Numbered from the stretch's first letter, positions 8,216 to 18,349 are shown. The stretch: DNA of 64,000 nucleotides from an uncultured Alphaproteobacteria bacterium (GCA_963825655.1 CAWGTS010000002.1:144549-208548); one strand, 5' to 3'. Made by a program: numbers and translations. The notes: a model not told the origin generated them from the sequence alone.

Positions 8216-9610
8216 ATGCAGCCTTTGCCTCCGCCCCTTTCCCGTGACCCGCGCGCTCCTTGTTTGGGAGCGGTCCTCGCCGGCGTCTTTTTCATTTCGA
8301 CGATTGCCGGAAGCGCCATTGTGGCCGCGCAGGATGCGCCGCCGGCCGCCGGCACGCCCCAAGCAGGCGACACGTCTAAAGACAGCGACACGCCGAAAGC
8401 CACCGAGGCGCCGGCCAAGCCCGACGAGGCCGCCGAGAAGGCTCCCGCACCCGCCGAGGACACGGCCGCCGAAGACAAAGCCGACGACAAGAAGCTGATG
8501 CGAGTCTACTACCTCGGCAAGGAATACGACGAGCCGCTGCCGCTCTCTTATGCCGAGGAGATCATCACCGACAAAGGCATCCAGGGCGCGCGCCTCATGG
8601 AGAAGGAGGCGAACCAGGCCGGCAATTTCATCGGCTACGAGTTCAAGCTCGAAGAAGGCATCGTGCCCAAGGACGGCGACGTGGTCGCCAAGGCCAAGGA
8701 GGCGCTGGCCGCCGGCCACCGTTTCATCCTTGCCGATCTGGAGCCCGACGATCTGCTCGCGGTGGCGGATCTGCCGGAGGCCAAGAACGCGCTCATCCTC
8801 AACATTCGTTCCAGCGCCACGAAGTTGCGCCAGGAGGAATGCCGCAGCAACGTCTTCCACATCATTCCCGACTACGCCATGCGCGCCGACGCGCTTGCGC
8901 AATATCTGATCTGGAAGAAATGGCCCCGCTGGTTCGTCATCCGCCGGGACACCGAAAAGGATCAGGACTATCTGGCCCAGGTGAAGCGCTCGGCCGCCCG
9001 CTATGGCGGCAAGGTGGTCGAGGACCATGTCTACGACCTGCCGCCCGGCGCGCGGAACCTCGACTCCGGCCATCAGCAGATCCAGACGCAGATGCCCATG
9101 GAGACCGAAAGCGCGCCGGAGCACGACGTGGTTTGGGTGATCAACAGCGACGACGATTTCGGCGACTATCTGATGTACCGCACCTACACCCCGCGTCCCG
9201 TGGTCGGCACCCAAGGGCTTCAGGCGACCGCGTGGGACAAGTCCTACACGGAATCCGGCGCCATGCATTTCCAGAACGCGATCCCCCGCATCGCCGACCG
9301 AAAGCCTGTCGAGCGCGACTACACCGCCTGGCTCGGCTTCCGCGCACTCGCCGACGCCGCCATGAAGTCCGGCAAGGTCAAGCCGAAAGACGTCAAGAAA
9401 TACATGCTGTCCGACGACTTCAAGCTCGAGGCCTTCAAGGGCCAGGCGCTGAGCTTCCGCGATTGGGATCAGCAGATGCGCCAGCCGATCATCCTCGGCG
9501 GCGGCACGCGTGTCCCGGTCTCGACGTCGCCCCAGGAAGGCTTCCTGCACCAGACCAATCTCACCGATACGCTCGGCTTCGATAAGCCCGAGTCCAAATG
9601 CAAGTTCTAA
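8216..9610 (+). CDS. ABC transporter substrate-binding protein of PQQ alcohol-dehydrogenase systems (PedA1-like)
   Basis: Signal peptide and acidic Ala/Pro linker; LNIR...LR.E.CR.NVFH..P..AMRADALAQYL..KKW.RW and LSFR.WD.Q.RQP motifs recognised from this family. Confidence 0.8.
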   Translation: MQPLPPPLSRDPRAPCLGAVLAGVFFISTIAGSAIVAAQDAPPAAGTPQAGDTSKDSDTPKATEAPAKPDEAAEKAPAPAEDTAAEDKADDKKLMRVYYLGKEYDEPLPLSYAEEIITDKGIQGARLMEKEANQAGNFIGYEFKLEEGIVPKDGDVVAKAKEALAAGHRFILADLEPDDLLAVADLPEAKNALILNIRSSATKLRQEECRSNVFHIIPDYAMRADALAQYLIWKKWPRWFVIRRDTEKDQDYLAQVKRSAARYGGKVVEDHVYDLPPGARNLDSGHQQIQTQMPMETESAPEHDVVWVINSDDDFGDYLMYRTYTPRPVVGTQGLQATAWDKSYTESGAMHFQNAIPRIADRKPVERDYTAWLGFRALADAAMKSGKVKPKDVKKYMLSDDFKLEAFKGQALSFRDWDQQMRQPIILGGGTRVPVSTSPQEGFLHQTNLTDTLGFDKPESKCKF

Positions 9611-9635
9611 TGCCCATCCAACTGAAGGTAGACCC

Positions 9636-10640
9636 ATGACTCGTATTAGTCTTGCCGGGGCCTCCGCTGCGGCGCTGCTTCTGTTCGCCGTCCCGTCCCA
9701 CGCCGAGACCATCTTCGTCTCCAACGAGAAGGACAACACGGTCACCGTCATCGACGGCGAGACCCTGAAGACGATCAAAACCGTCGAGACCGCGCGTCGG
9801 CCGCGCGGCATCGTCCTGAGCCCGGACAACAAGGAGCTGTTCGTGGCCGCCGGCGACGGCGACATCATCGATGTGGTCGACACGGCAAAGCTGGAAGTCG
9901 TGCGCACGCTGGAATCGGGACCCGATCCCGAGCTCATGGCCGTCGATTCCAAAGGTGACGTCATCTACATCGCCAACGAGGACGATAGTTTGGTCACCGT
10001 CATGAACATCGCCAGCGGCGAGGTTCTGGGCGAGGTGCCCGTCGGCGTCGAACCGGAGGGCATGATCGTAAGTCCGGACGATCGCTACACCGCCGCCACG
10101 TCCGAGAGTACCAGCATGGCGCATATCATCGACAACGCGACGATCAAGCTGGTGGGCAACATCCTCGTCGACAGCCGCCCCCGAGAGGTCAAGTTCTCGA
10201 AGGACATGAAGGAGCTTTGGGTCTCCTCGGAGATCGGCGGCACGGTCTCCATCGTCGACACCAGCGATTGGGACAATCCCCAGAACTGGAAAGTCATCAA
10301 GAAGATCAGCTTCGAGGTCCCGGGGTTGCGCCCTGAGCAGCTTCAGCCCGTCGGCATGGACTTCGACGAGGACCATGGCCGCATCTTCGTTCCGTTGGGG
10401 CCGGCCAATCGGGTCGCGGTGATCGATGCGAAGAAGAAGGAAGTCATTGACTACGTCCTCGTGGGCCAGCGACCCTGGCACGGCGAGTTCAGCCCCGACT
10501 ATAAGAAGTATTATGTCGCCAACGGTCTCACCAACGACCTGACGGTGATCGACGCGGAAACCTTGAAGGCCGAGAAGTCGGTGCCGGTGGGGCGTCTGCC
10601 TTGGGGTGTCGCCGTCATGCCCGGCAAGCCGGGCGAATAG
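9636..10640 (+). CDS. PQQ-catabolism-associated YVTN beta-propeller protein (PedA2-like)
   Basis: Signal peptide then ETIFVSNEKDNTVTVID; repeats such as PELMAV, VGVEPEG, VGQRPW, VANGLTND, VGRLPWG. Confidence 0.85.
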   Translation: MTRISLAGASAAALLLFAVPSHAETIFVSNEKDNTVTVIDGETLKTIKTVETARRPRGIVLSPDNKELFVAAGDGDIIDVVDTAKLEVVRTLESGPDPELMAVDSKGDVIYIANEDDSLVTVMNIASGEVLGEVPVGVEPEGMIVSPDDRYTAATSESTSMAHIIDNATIKLVGNILVDSRPREVKFSKDMKELWVSSEIGGTVSIVDTSDWDNPQNWKVIKKISFEVPGLRPEQLQPVGMDFDEDHGRIFVPLGPANRVAVIDAKKKEVIDYVLVGQRPWHGEFSPDYKKYYVANGLTNDLTVIDAETLKAEKSVPVGRLPWGVAVMPGKPGE

Positions 10641-10655
10641 GGCCGCCACGGCCGG

Positions 10656-11351
10656 CTAATCGCTGCGGACGCGCCGGCCGATGAACTGGGCGACCGCTTC
10701 CGCGGCGAGGATCGCGCCGAGCGAGATCGCGACCGACACGAGCGTGAGGCGCAACGCGCCCGCGTCGCCGCCGGGCACCTGCGTGAAGGTGTAGATCAGG
10801 CTCGGCAGGGTCTGCGTCTCGCCGGGGATGTTCGAAACGAAGGTGATGGTCGCGCCGAACTCGCCCACGGACCGGGCGAAGGCGAGAATCGCGCCGGCAA
10901 TGATCCCGGGCGCGATCAGGGGCAGCGTCACCGTGAGGAACACGTAAGCCCGGCTGGCGCCGAGCGTGCTTGCCGCCTGCTCGAGCCGCCGGTCCACCGC
11001 CTCCACCGACAGCTGAATGGCGCGGACGAGAAGCGGAAACCCCATGATGGCGCAGGCCAGCGCCGCGCCCGTCCAGCGGAAGGCGATTACGATCCCGAAC
11101 GTCTCGTAGAGCCAGCTGCCGATCGGGCCTTGGCGGCCGAACAGCAGCAAGAGCACGTAACCTGTCACCACCGGCGGCAGCACCAGCGGCAGAAGCACCA
11201 ACGCGTTGAGGAGAGGGCGCCCCCAAAACCGGCCTCTCCCGATCAGCATGGCGACCGCGATGCCAACGGGCAGGCTTACGAGCGTCGCCACCGCGGCGAC
11301 GCGGAGAGAGAGCTTGATGGCGGTGAGTTCCTCGGGGGTGAGGCTCAGCAC
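10656..11351 (-). CDS. modB: Molybdate ABC transporter permease
   Basis: LPLVLPPVVTGY; EAA-like loop LEQAASTLGA; FARSVGEFGATITFVSNIPGETQTLP. Confidence 0.92.
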   Translation of the reverse strand: MLSLTPEELTAIKLSLRVAAVATLVSLPVGIAVAMLIGRGRFWGRPLLNALVLLPLVLPPVVTGYVLLLLFGRQGPIGSWLYETFGIVIAFRWTGAALACAIMGFPLLVRAIQLSVEAVDRRLEQAASTLGASRAYVFLTVTLPLIAPGIIAGAILAFARSVGEFGATITFVSNIPGETQTLPSLIYTFTQVPGGDAGALRLTLVSVAISLGAILAAEAVAQFIGRRVRSD

Positions 11352-11375
11352 GGAAGGACGACTTCGCCGTGCGGC

Positions 11376-11660
11376 CTAGCCCGGATCCTCCCGTCCGCCG
11401 CTTGCGTCGCATTTTGCGGTGCTCGGCAGATATTCCGGATCCTTTTTCTCATCGCGGAGCAACTCGATCGCGCGGAGCGAGGGCCCTTCGAGGCCCTTGC
11501 CGCCAGTTTGCTCCATATAATCGATGATCGCCCGGCGCATGCGCAAGTCCCAGAATAGGCAAAGATGGTTCGCGATCTCCTCGGCCGGGTCTTCGCCGCG
11601 CTGATATTTGAAGTAATCGCCAATCTGATTGGCCATCGCGACGAGGCGTTCGGGCTGCAT
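11376..11660 (-). CDS. fdsD: NAD-dependent formate dehydrogenase delta subunit
   Basis: MQPERLVAMANQIGDYF...IANHLCLFWDLRMR; start reassigned to the ATG at 11660. Confidence 0.88.
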   Translation of the reverse strand: MQPERLVAMANQIGDYFKYQRGEDPAEEIANHLCLFWDLRMRRAIIDYMEQTGGKGLEGPSLRAIELLRDEKKDPEYLPSTAKCDASGGREDPG

Positions 11661-11701
11661 AGGCCGGGCTCTCCGTGAGGTGAGGGAAGGGAAGCGGGAG
11701 C

Positions 11702-14548
11702 TTACTCCGCCGCCACCAGAGGCTCGGCGATGCGCCGCGCGGCCTTCGACAGTTCCTCGTATTCCTCCTGCCACTCGGACGGCCCGTTGGACGGCGCGAC
11801 CTGCACGGCCGTCACCTTGTACTCGGGGCAATTCGTGGCCCAGTCGGAATTCTCGGTGGTGACCACGTTGGCTTGCGTGTTCGGGTGGTGGAACGTCGTG
11901 TAGACCACGCCCGGCGCCACGCGATCGGTGATCAGCGCCCGCAAGGTGGTCTCACCGGCGCGGCTCGCGATCTTGACCCAGTCGCCGTCGCGCACGCCGC
12001 GGTTCTCGGCGTCGTGGGGATGGATCTCCAGGCGATCCTCCTCGTGCCACACCACGTTGGCGGAGCGCCGCGTCTGCGCGCCCACATTGTATTGAGACAA
12101 GATGCGGCCCGTGGTGAGCAACAGCGGGAAGCGCGGGCCGGTTCTCTCATCCGTCGCCACGTATTCGGTGATGACGAACTTGCCCTTGCCGCGGACGAAG
12201 TGATCCATGTGCATCACAGGCATGCCTTCCGGCGCCTGCTCGTTGCAGGGCCATTGCACCGAACCGAGCTTGTCCAGCGTCTCGTAGGAGACGCCAGTGA
12301 AGGTCGGGGTCAGGCGCGCGATCGCGTCCATGATCTGCGAGGGATGATCGTACTGCATGGGATAGCCCAGCGCGTTGGATAGAAGCTGGGTGATCTCCCA
12401 ATCCTCGTAGCCGTTGATCGGCGCCATCACCTTGCGCACGCGCTGAATGCGGCGCTCGGCGTTGGTGAACGTGCCGTTCTTCTCCAGGAAGGTGGAGCCC
12501 GGCAGGAACACATGGGCGTAGTTCGCGGTCTCGACCAGGAACAGGTCCTGCACCACCACGCATTCCATCGCGGCGAGGCCGGCGGCCATGTGCTTGGTGT
12601 TCGGGTCGGACTGAAGGATGTCCTCGCCTTGGATGTAGAGGCCCTTGAACGAGCCGTCGAGCGCGGCGTCGATCATGTTGGGAATGCGCAAGCCGGGCTC
12701 GTCGTCGAGCGGACGGCCCCAAGCACTCTCGAACTCTTCGCGGGCCTGGGTATTGGAGACGTGCCGGTAGCCGGCGAACTCGTGCGGGAACGAGCCCATG
12801 TCGCAGGAGCCCTGCACGTTGTTCTGGCCGCGCAACGGGTTCACGCCCACGCCTTCGCGGCCGATATTGCCGGTCGCCATGGCGAGGTTGGCGATGGCCA
12901 TGACCGTGGTCGAGCCTTGGCTGTGCTCGGTGACGCCGAGGCCGTAATAGATGGCGCCGTTGCCGCCGGTGGCATAGAGCCGGGCGGCGCCGCGGATGGA
13001 TTCCGCCGGAACGCCGGTAATCTTCTCCACCGCCTCGGGCGCGTGGCGCGGCTCGGACACGAAGCGCGCCCAATCCTGAAACTCGTCCCAGTCGCAGCGC
13101 TCGCGTACGAAGTCCTCGTCCACCAGCCCCTCGGTCACGACCACATGGGCCAGAGAGGTGACCAGGGCGACGTTGGTGCCGGGCTGTAGCGGCAGATGGT
13201 AATCGGCTTGGATGTGCGGCGTGCGCACCAGGTCGATCCGGCGTGGGTCGGCGATGATCAGCTTGGCGCCTTCGCGCAGGCGCTTCTTCATGCGCGAGGC
13301 GAACACCGGATGACCGTCGGTCGGGTTGGCGCCGATGATGAGGACGATGTCGGTCTGCTCGACGGAGTTGAAGTCCTGCGTTCCGGCGCTCGTGCCGTAC
13401 GTGGTCTTGAGACCGTAGCCCGTGGGCGAATGGCAGACGCGGGCGCACGTGTCCACGTTGTTATTGCCGAAGGCGGCGCGGATCAGCTTCTGCACCAGGA
13501 ACGTCTCTTCGTTGGTGCAGCGCGAGGAGGTGATGCCGCCGATCGAGTTCCTGCCGTATTTGGCTTGGATGCGCTTGAACTCGGACGCCGTGTACTGGAT
13601 GGCCTCCTCCCAGGAAACCTCCCGCCACGGATCGGTGATCTTCTCGCGGATCATCGGCTTGGTGATGCGGTCCTTGTGGTGCGCGTAGCCGTAAGCGAAG
13701 CGGCCCTTCACGCAGGAATGTCCGCGATTGGCTTTGCCCTCTTTGTGAGGGATCATGCGCACCAGCTCGTCGCCGCGTATCTCCGCGCGGAAGGTGCAGC
13801 CCACGCCGCAATAGGCGCAGGTGGTGACGACCGAGCGGTCCGGCGTGCCGATATCGATGACCGACTTCTCGTTGAGCGTCGCGGTGGGGCAGGCCTGCAC
13901 GCAGGCGCCGCACGACACGCACTCGGAATCGATGAACGCCTCTTCCATGGAGGGTGAGACCACGGAGGAGAAGCCGCGTCCGGCGATGGTGAGCGCGAAG
14001 GTGCCCTGCACCTCCTCGCAAGCCCGCACGCAGCGCGAGCAGACGATGCACTTGGAAGGCTCGTAGGTGAAATAGGGGTTGGAAGCGTCGATGCCCGGGT
14101 TGGGGTGCCGCGCGCCTTCGTAGCCGTAGCGCACGTCGCGCAGGCCCACGGCGCCGGCCATGTCCTGCAGCTCGCAGTCGCCATTGGCCGAGCAAGTCAG
14201 GCAGTCGAGCGGATGCTCCGAGATATAGAGCTCCATGACGCCCTTACGCAGCTGCTTGAGGCGGTTGGTCTGGGTCTTGACCACCATGCCGTCGGCGGCC
14301 GGTGTGGTGCACGAGGCCGGCGTTCCGTTGCGGCCCTCGACCTCCACCAGACAAAGCCGGCAAGACCCGAACGATTCGACCATGTCGGTGGCGCAGAGCT
14401 TGGGGATCTGGGTCCCCACCTCCATGGCCGCGCGCATGATCGAGGTGCCCTCGGGCACCTCCACCGCGACGCCGTCGATGGTGAGGGTCACGAGCTTCTC
14501 GGACTTCGATTCTGGCGTCCCGTAGTCGATTTCCGGGTTCAAAGGCAT
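11702..14548 (-). CDS. fdsA: NAD-dependent formate dehydrogenase alpha subunit
   Basis: N-terminal Fe-S motifs; CAYCGVGC; active-site CARVCH (Cys, not Sec); RGQNNVQG. Confidence 0.95.
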   Translation of the reverse strand: MPLNPEIDYGTPESKSEKLVTLTIDGVAVEVPEGTSIMRAAMEVGTQIPKLCATDMVESFGSCRLCLVEVEGRNGTPASCTTPAADGMVVKTQTNRLKQLRKGVMELYISEHPLDCLTCSANGDCELQDMAGAVGLRDVRYGYEGARHPNPGIDASNPYFTYEPSKCIVCSRCVRACEEVQGTFALTIAGRGFSSVVSPSMEEAFIDSECVSCGACVQACPTATLNEKSVIDIGTPDRSVVTTCAYCGVGCTFRAEIRGDELVRMIPHKEGKANRGHSCVKGRFAYGYAHHKDRITKPMIREKITDPWREVSWEEAIQYTASEFKRIQAKYGRNSIGGITSSRCTNEETFLVQKLIRAAFGNNNVDTCARVCHSPTGYGLKTTYGTSAGTQDFNSVEQTDIVLIIGANPTDGHPVFASRMKKRLREGAKLIIADPRRIDLVRTPHIQADYHLPLQPGTNVALVTSLAHVVVTEGLVDEDFVRERCDWDEFQDWARFVSEPRHAPEAVEKITGVPAESIRGAARLYATGGNGAIYYGLGVTEHSQGSTTVMAIANLAMATGNIGREGVGVNPLRGQNNVQGSCDMGSFPHEFAGYRHVSNTQAREEFESAWGRPLDDEPGLRIPNMIDAALDGSFKGLYIQGEDILQSDPNTKHMAAGLAAMECVVVQDLFLVETANYAHVFLPGSTFLEKNGTFTNAERRIQRVRKVMAPINGYEDWEITQLLSNALGYPMQYDHPSQIMDAIARLTPTFTGVSYETLDKLGSVQWPCNEQAPEGMPVMHMDHFVRGKGKFVITEYVATDERTGPRFPLLLTTGRILSQYNVGAQTRRSANVVWHEEDRLEIHPHDAENRGVRDGDWVKIASRAGETTLRALITDRVAPGVVYTTFHHPNTQANVVTTENSDWATNCPEYKVTAVQVAPSNGPSEWQEEYEELSKAARRIAEPLVAAE

Positions 14549-14558
14549 TTGGGCTTCC

Positions 14559-16115
14559 TCATTCAGCAGCTTCTAGGCGCTTCTTGGTGGCGCCGAAATC
14601 TTCGGGAAAATGGGTCAATGCGCTCATCACGGGATACGGCGTGAAGCCGCCAAGAGCGCAAAGGGATCCCCATTTCATTGTGTCGCAAAGGTCTTCGAGC
14701 ACGGCCAGATTGGACTCCCGGTCCTGATCGGCAATGATCTTGTCCATCAGTTCCATGCCGCGGGCGGAGCCGATCCGGCAGGGCGTGCACTTGCCGCAAG
14801 ACTCCACGGCGCAGAACTCCATGGCGAAGCGGGCCTGCTGGGCCATATCCACCGTGTCGTCGAACACCACGATTCCGCCATGGCCGATCAGCCCGTCGAC
14901 GGCCGTGAAGGCCTCGTAGTCGAACGGCGTGTCGAACAGCGCGCGCGGCATATACGCGCCGAGCGGACCGCCTACCTGGACCGCGCGCACGGGCCGGCCC
15001 GAATAGGTGCCGCCGCCGATCTCGTCCACCAGCTCGCCGAGCGTGATGCCGAAGGCCGTTTCGTAGAGGCCGCCATGCTTGATATTGCCGGCGAGTTGGA
15101 TGGGCATGGTGCCGCGCGACTTGCCCATGCCGAAATCGCGATAATACTCGCCGCCCTTGTCCAGGATCAGCGGCACGGAGGCGAGCGACAGCACGTTGTT
15201 GATGATCGTGGGCTGACCGAACAGGCCGACATGGGCCGGAAGCGGCGGCTTGGCGCGCACTTCGCCGCGCTTGCCTTCCAGGCTGTCCAGCAGCGAGGTC
15301 TCCTCGCCGCACACATAGGCGCCGGCGCCGAGCCTGACTTCCATGTCGTAGGCATGGCCTGAGCCCATGACGTTGTCGCCGAGGAAGCCGGCCTTGCGCG
15401 CTTCCTCGATGGCGATGTTCAGGCTCTCGAAGGCGTGGGGGTATTCGGAGCGGAGATAGATGTAGCCGTAGGTGGCGCCCACCGCGATGCCGGCGATGGT
15501 CATGCCTTCGATCAGCACGAGGGGATCGCCTTCCATGATCATGCGGTCGGCGAACGTGCCGCTATCGCCTTCGTCGGCGTTGCAGACGATGTATTTTTGC
15601 TGAGGTGGCGTCTCGGAGACCGTGCGCCATTTGATGCCTGTGGGAAATCCCGCGCCGCCACGGCCGCGCAAGCCTGAGGTCAGAACCTCCTCGATAATGG
15701 TCTTCGGGCCGCCGTCGATGGCTTTCTTCAGGCCTTCATAGCCGCCATGAGCCTGGTAATCCTCGACCGAGCGCGGATCGATGATGCCGCAGCGGGCGAA
15801 AGTGAGGCGGGTCTGGTTCTTGATCCACGGATATTCGTCCACCAAGCCGATGCATGTCTCGTGCGGCTTGCCGTCGAGCATGCCGGCAGCGATGAGATCG
15901 CCGACCTTCGAAGCCTTGACCGGCCCGTAGCCGACGCGGCCCTCGGGCGTCTCGACCTCGACCAGCGGCTCCAGCCAATACATGCCGCGTGAACCCGTGC
16001 GCACGATCTCCACATCGAGACTGCGGTCCTTGGCCTCGTCGCGGAACTTCTTCGCGACGGCCTCGGCGCCCACGCAGAGCGCGCCGGAATCGCGGGAGAT
16101 AAAGATGCGGGTCAC
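14559..16115 (-). CDS. fdsB: NAD-dependent formate dehydrogenase beta subunit (NuoF-like)
   Basis: SGLRGRGGAGFPTG; CNADEGD; GAGAYVCGEET; ESCGKCTPCR. Confidence 0.95.
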   Translation of the reverse strand: MTRIFISRDSGALCVGAEAVAKKFRDEAKDRSLDVEIVRTGSRGMYWLEPLVEVETPEGRVGYGPVKASKVGDLIAAGMLDGKPHETCIGLVDEYPWIKNQTRLTFARCGIIDPRSVEDYQAHGGYEGLKKAIDGGPKTIIEEVLTSGLRGRGGAGFPTGIKWRTVSETPPQQKYIVCNADEGDSGTFADRMIMEGDPLVLIEGMTIAGIAVGATYGYIYLRSEYPHAFESLNIAIEEARKAGFLGDNVMGSGHAYDMEVRLGAGAYVCGEETSLLDSLEGKRGEVRAKPPLPAHVGLFGQPTIINNVLSLASVPLILDKGGEYYRDFGMGKSRGTMPIQLAGNIKHGGLYETAFGITLGELVDEIGGGTYSGRPVRAVQVGGPLGAYMPRALFDTPFDYEAFTAVDGLIGHGGIVVFDDTVDMAQQARFAMEFCAVESCGKCTPCRIGSARGMELMDKIIADQDRESNLAVLEDLCDTMKWGSLCALGGFTPYPVMSALTHFPEDFGATKKRLEAAE

Positions 16116-16585
16116 GACTGCGCCTCCCTGAGCAGCTCATCGAGCCGCTCTTCGTCCAGCGCGCCGTAAACGTCGTGATCGAGCATCGCGGCAGGCGAGG
16201 AGTGGCACAGGCCGAGGCAGTAGACCGGCTCCAGCGTCACGCGGCGGTCCGCGGTGGTGCCGCCCATGTCCACGCCGAGCTTCTCGCATGCGCGCTTTTC
16301 GAGCGCCCGCCCGCCGGAAGCCTGACAGGACTCGGCGAGGCAAAGCTTCAGGGTTCGGCGGCCGCCCGGCTCGCGCTTGAAGTCGTGATAAAAGGTCACG
16401 CAGCCATGCACCTCGGCGCGCGAGATATTGAGCACATTGGCGATCATCGGCTCGGCCGCGAGCGGTACGCAGCCGAAGGCGTCCTGCAAGGCGTGCAGAA
16501 TTGGGAGCGTGGCGCCCTTTTGATCCTGATGCTGCGCGATGATTTCGCTCGCGCGCTCAGGCGTCCATGGTTCATGTCGTGGCAT
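16112..16585 (-). CDS. fdsG: NAD-dependent formate dehydrogenase gamma subunit (NuoE-like)
   Basis: CLAESC and CLGLC 2Fe-2S motifs; overlaps the fdsB start. Confidence 0.93.
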   Translation of the reverse strand: MPRHEPWTPERASEIIAQHQDQKGATLPILHALQDAFGCVPLAAEPMIANVLNISRAEVHGCVTFYHDFKREPGGRRTLKLCLAESCQASGGRALEKRACEKLGVDMGGTTADRRVTLEPVYCLGLCHSSPAAMLDHDVYGALDEERLDELLREAQS

Positions 16586-16749
16586 TGCCCAGCCGCGTTA
16601 TTGACGCTCCTTCGACGTTTTGGAGCGTTTATAAAAATGAGTAAAAACGGCTGCGGAATCAATAAAGCAGCCCCATCGCCCGATCGGGATTCCTGATGGA
16701 TGACAAAGAGTTAGGGGCCCGCTTTGGTCGGCGGGGCGCGCCGTTCGGC

Positions 16750-17673
16750 TCAGGCTTTGAGGATAGGACCCGAGGGCACGTGCGCGCTCAGGATCGGCGC
16801 GAGCTGCTTGGCCTCGCTCACCAGCGCGTTGATCAAAGGCGTCAATGGGTTGCGCTGAGGCACCACGAGTCCGATCGAGTGCGACACCTCGGGCTCGACG
16901 ATGGGAATGGCGCGCACCTTCTCCGTGAGGCCGAGACCTTCGGCAAGCTTGGCGGGCATGACGCTCGCCCACTTTCCTGTGCGTACATGGGAGAACAAAA
17001 CGATGATGGAATCGGATTCCAGCGTCGGCGCCACCTCCGAGCCCGCCTCGCGGAGCAGCGTCTCGATGATCCGCCGATTCTGCATGTCCGGCGTCAGCAG
17101 GCAGAGCGGCACCTTGCCGACCTCCGCCCAAGTAACTTGGTCCCGGTCGCCGAGCGGGCTGTCGGCGGAGGCGAGCAGCCGGTACTCCTCGCTATAGAGC
17201 GGTACGGTCTGCACCCGGCCAAGCGGTTCGTTGTCGAGATATGTAAGCCCGGCGTCGATCTCGAGATTCTCCAACATGCCGAGGACTTCGATCGAGTTGC
17301 GCGACCAGATGGTGAAGCTCACGTCCGGGTGCTGCGCCCGGTAGGGCGTCGTGATGAGCCCTACCATCGCCAGCGCCGTCGGGATCGCGGCGATGCGGAT
17401 ATGTCCGGCAAGGCCATGCTTCAGTGCGTCGATCTCCTGGCGCATGGCGCGGGTGTCGCCCACGATGCGCCGGGCCCAGTCGAGCACCCGCTCGCCTTCC
17501 GGTGTGAAGCCGCGGAAGCGGGAGCCGCGCTCCACCAGGAGCACCCCGAGCGTGTCCTCGAGCTGCTTGATGCCGGCCGAGAAGGTCGGCTGGCTCACGC
17601 CGCAGGCTTCCGCCGCGTGCCCGAAATGCCGCTCGCGGGAGAGCGCGATGATGAATTCAAGCTTATCGATCAT
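16750..17673 (-). CDS. LysR-family regulator, probable FdsR
   Basis: HTH HFGHAAEACGVSQPTFSAGIKQLE; directly upstream of fdsG. Confidence 0.88.
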   Translation of the reverse strand: MIDKLEFIIALSRERHFGHAAEACGVSQPTFSAGIKQLEDTLGVLLVERGSRFRGFTPEGERVLDWARRIVGDTRAMRQEIDALKHGLAGHIRIAAIPTALAMVGLITTPYRAQHPDVSFTIWSRNSIEVLGMLENLEIDAGLTYLDNEPLGRVQTVPLYSEEYRLLASADSPLGDRDQVTWAEVGKVPLCLLTPDMQNRRIIETLLREAGSEVAPTLESDSIIVLFSHVRTGKWASVMPAKLAEGLGLTEKVRAIPIVEPEVSHSIGLVVPQRNPLTPLINALVSEAKQLAPILSAHVPSGPILKA

Positions 17674-17762
17674 GCCGTGCCGGGTCGGGAGGTCTGGTGG
17701 CCGAGACTATAGGGATTTTGGGCCGGGCGGGCAGCCTCATCAACCTGCCGGGGGACGCCGCC

Positions 17763-18221
17763 TCAATCCTTCTCTTCCATCCGGAATGTCTTGTGGCAGG
17801 TCTTGCAGGCGTCGATCAGGCCCTTGAACGGGGCTTTCCAGTCGGGCGCCCCGGGGGCTTCGAGCGCGAGGATCAGGTCCTTGGCCGCCGTCTCCAGCCC
17901 CTCCGCGTCGCCGGTGAACTCCTCCCATTTGGTCCAGACTTCGGGCTTCGCCTCGCTCGGGTGCCCGCCGGTCCCTTCGGGAAAGAGCTCGGGGATCTGC
18001 TTCGAGGTCCTTTCGATCTCGCCTGCCGCCTCGGCGGCCTTGGCGGCGTCGAAGGGCACCTTGCCCTTGGCCATCTCGCCGATGACCTTCATGGCATCCT
18101 TTTGCGTGTCCATCAGGTCCATGCGCTCCTTCACCACGCCGGTCGCGCCTTCATGGGCGAGCGCCAGGGGGACGAAAGCGAGGAGGGCTAGGGTGGTCAG
18201 GGCTGCGGGCCTGGTGAGCAT
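17763..18221 (-). CDS. Class II cytochrome c (c'-like)
   Basis: Signal peptide from MLTRPAAL; C-terminal CKTCH; helical bundle with VWTKWEEF. Confidence 0.85.
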   Translation of the reverse strand: MLTRPAALTTLALLAFVPLALAHEGATGVVKERMDLMDTQKDAMKVIGEMAKGKVPFDAAKAAEAAGEIERTSKQIPELFPEGTGGHPSEAKPEVWTKWEEFTGDAEGLETAAKDLILALEAPGAPDWKAPFKGLIDACKTCHKTFRMEEKD

Positions 18222-18349
18222 GAAACGATCCTTGGCGACTTCGGCAACGGCGTTCGATGCTTGTTTATCATGCTGCGGCCCGTTGCAAGGCTCGCGAGCC
18301 ATCACAAAATGGTTTACCACCGGGCCTCCAGAGGATACCGGCAGCACCG

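Noticed and set aside
7394-9964. 856-aa minus-strand ORF, and similar long ORFs at 35904..38339 and 57692..59767
   Set aside because: Antisense shadows of well-supported genes in GC-rich DNA
13430-13450. Selenocysteine in fdsA
   Set aside because: Active site is encoded as Cys (CARVCH), with no in-frame TGA
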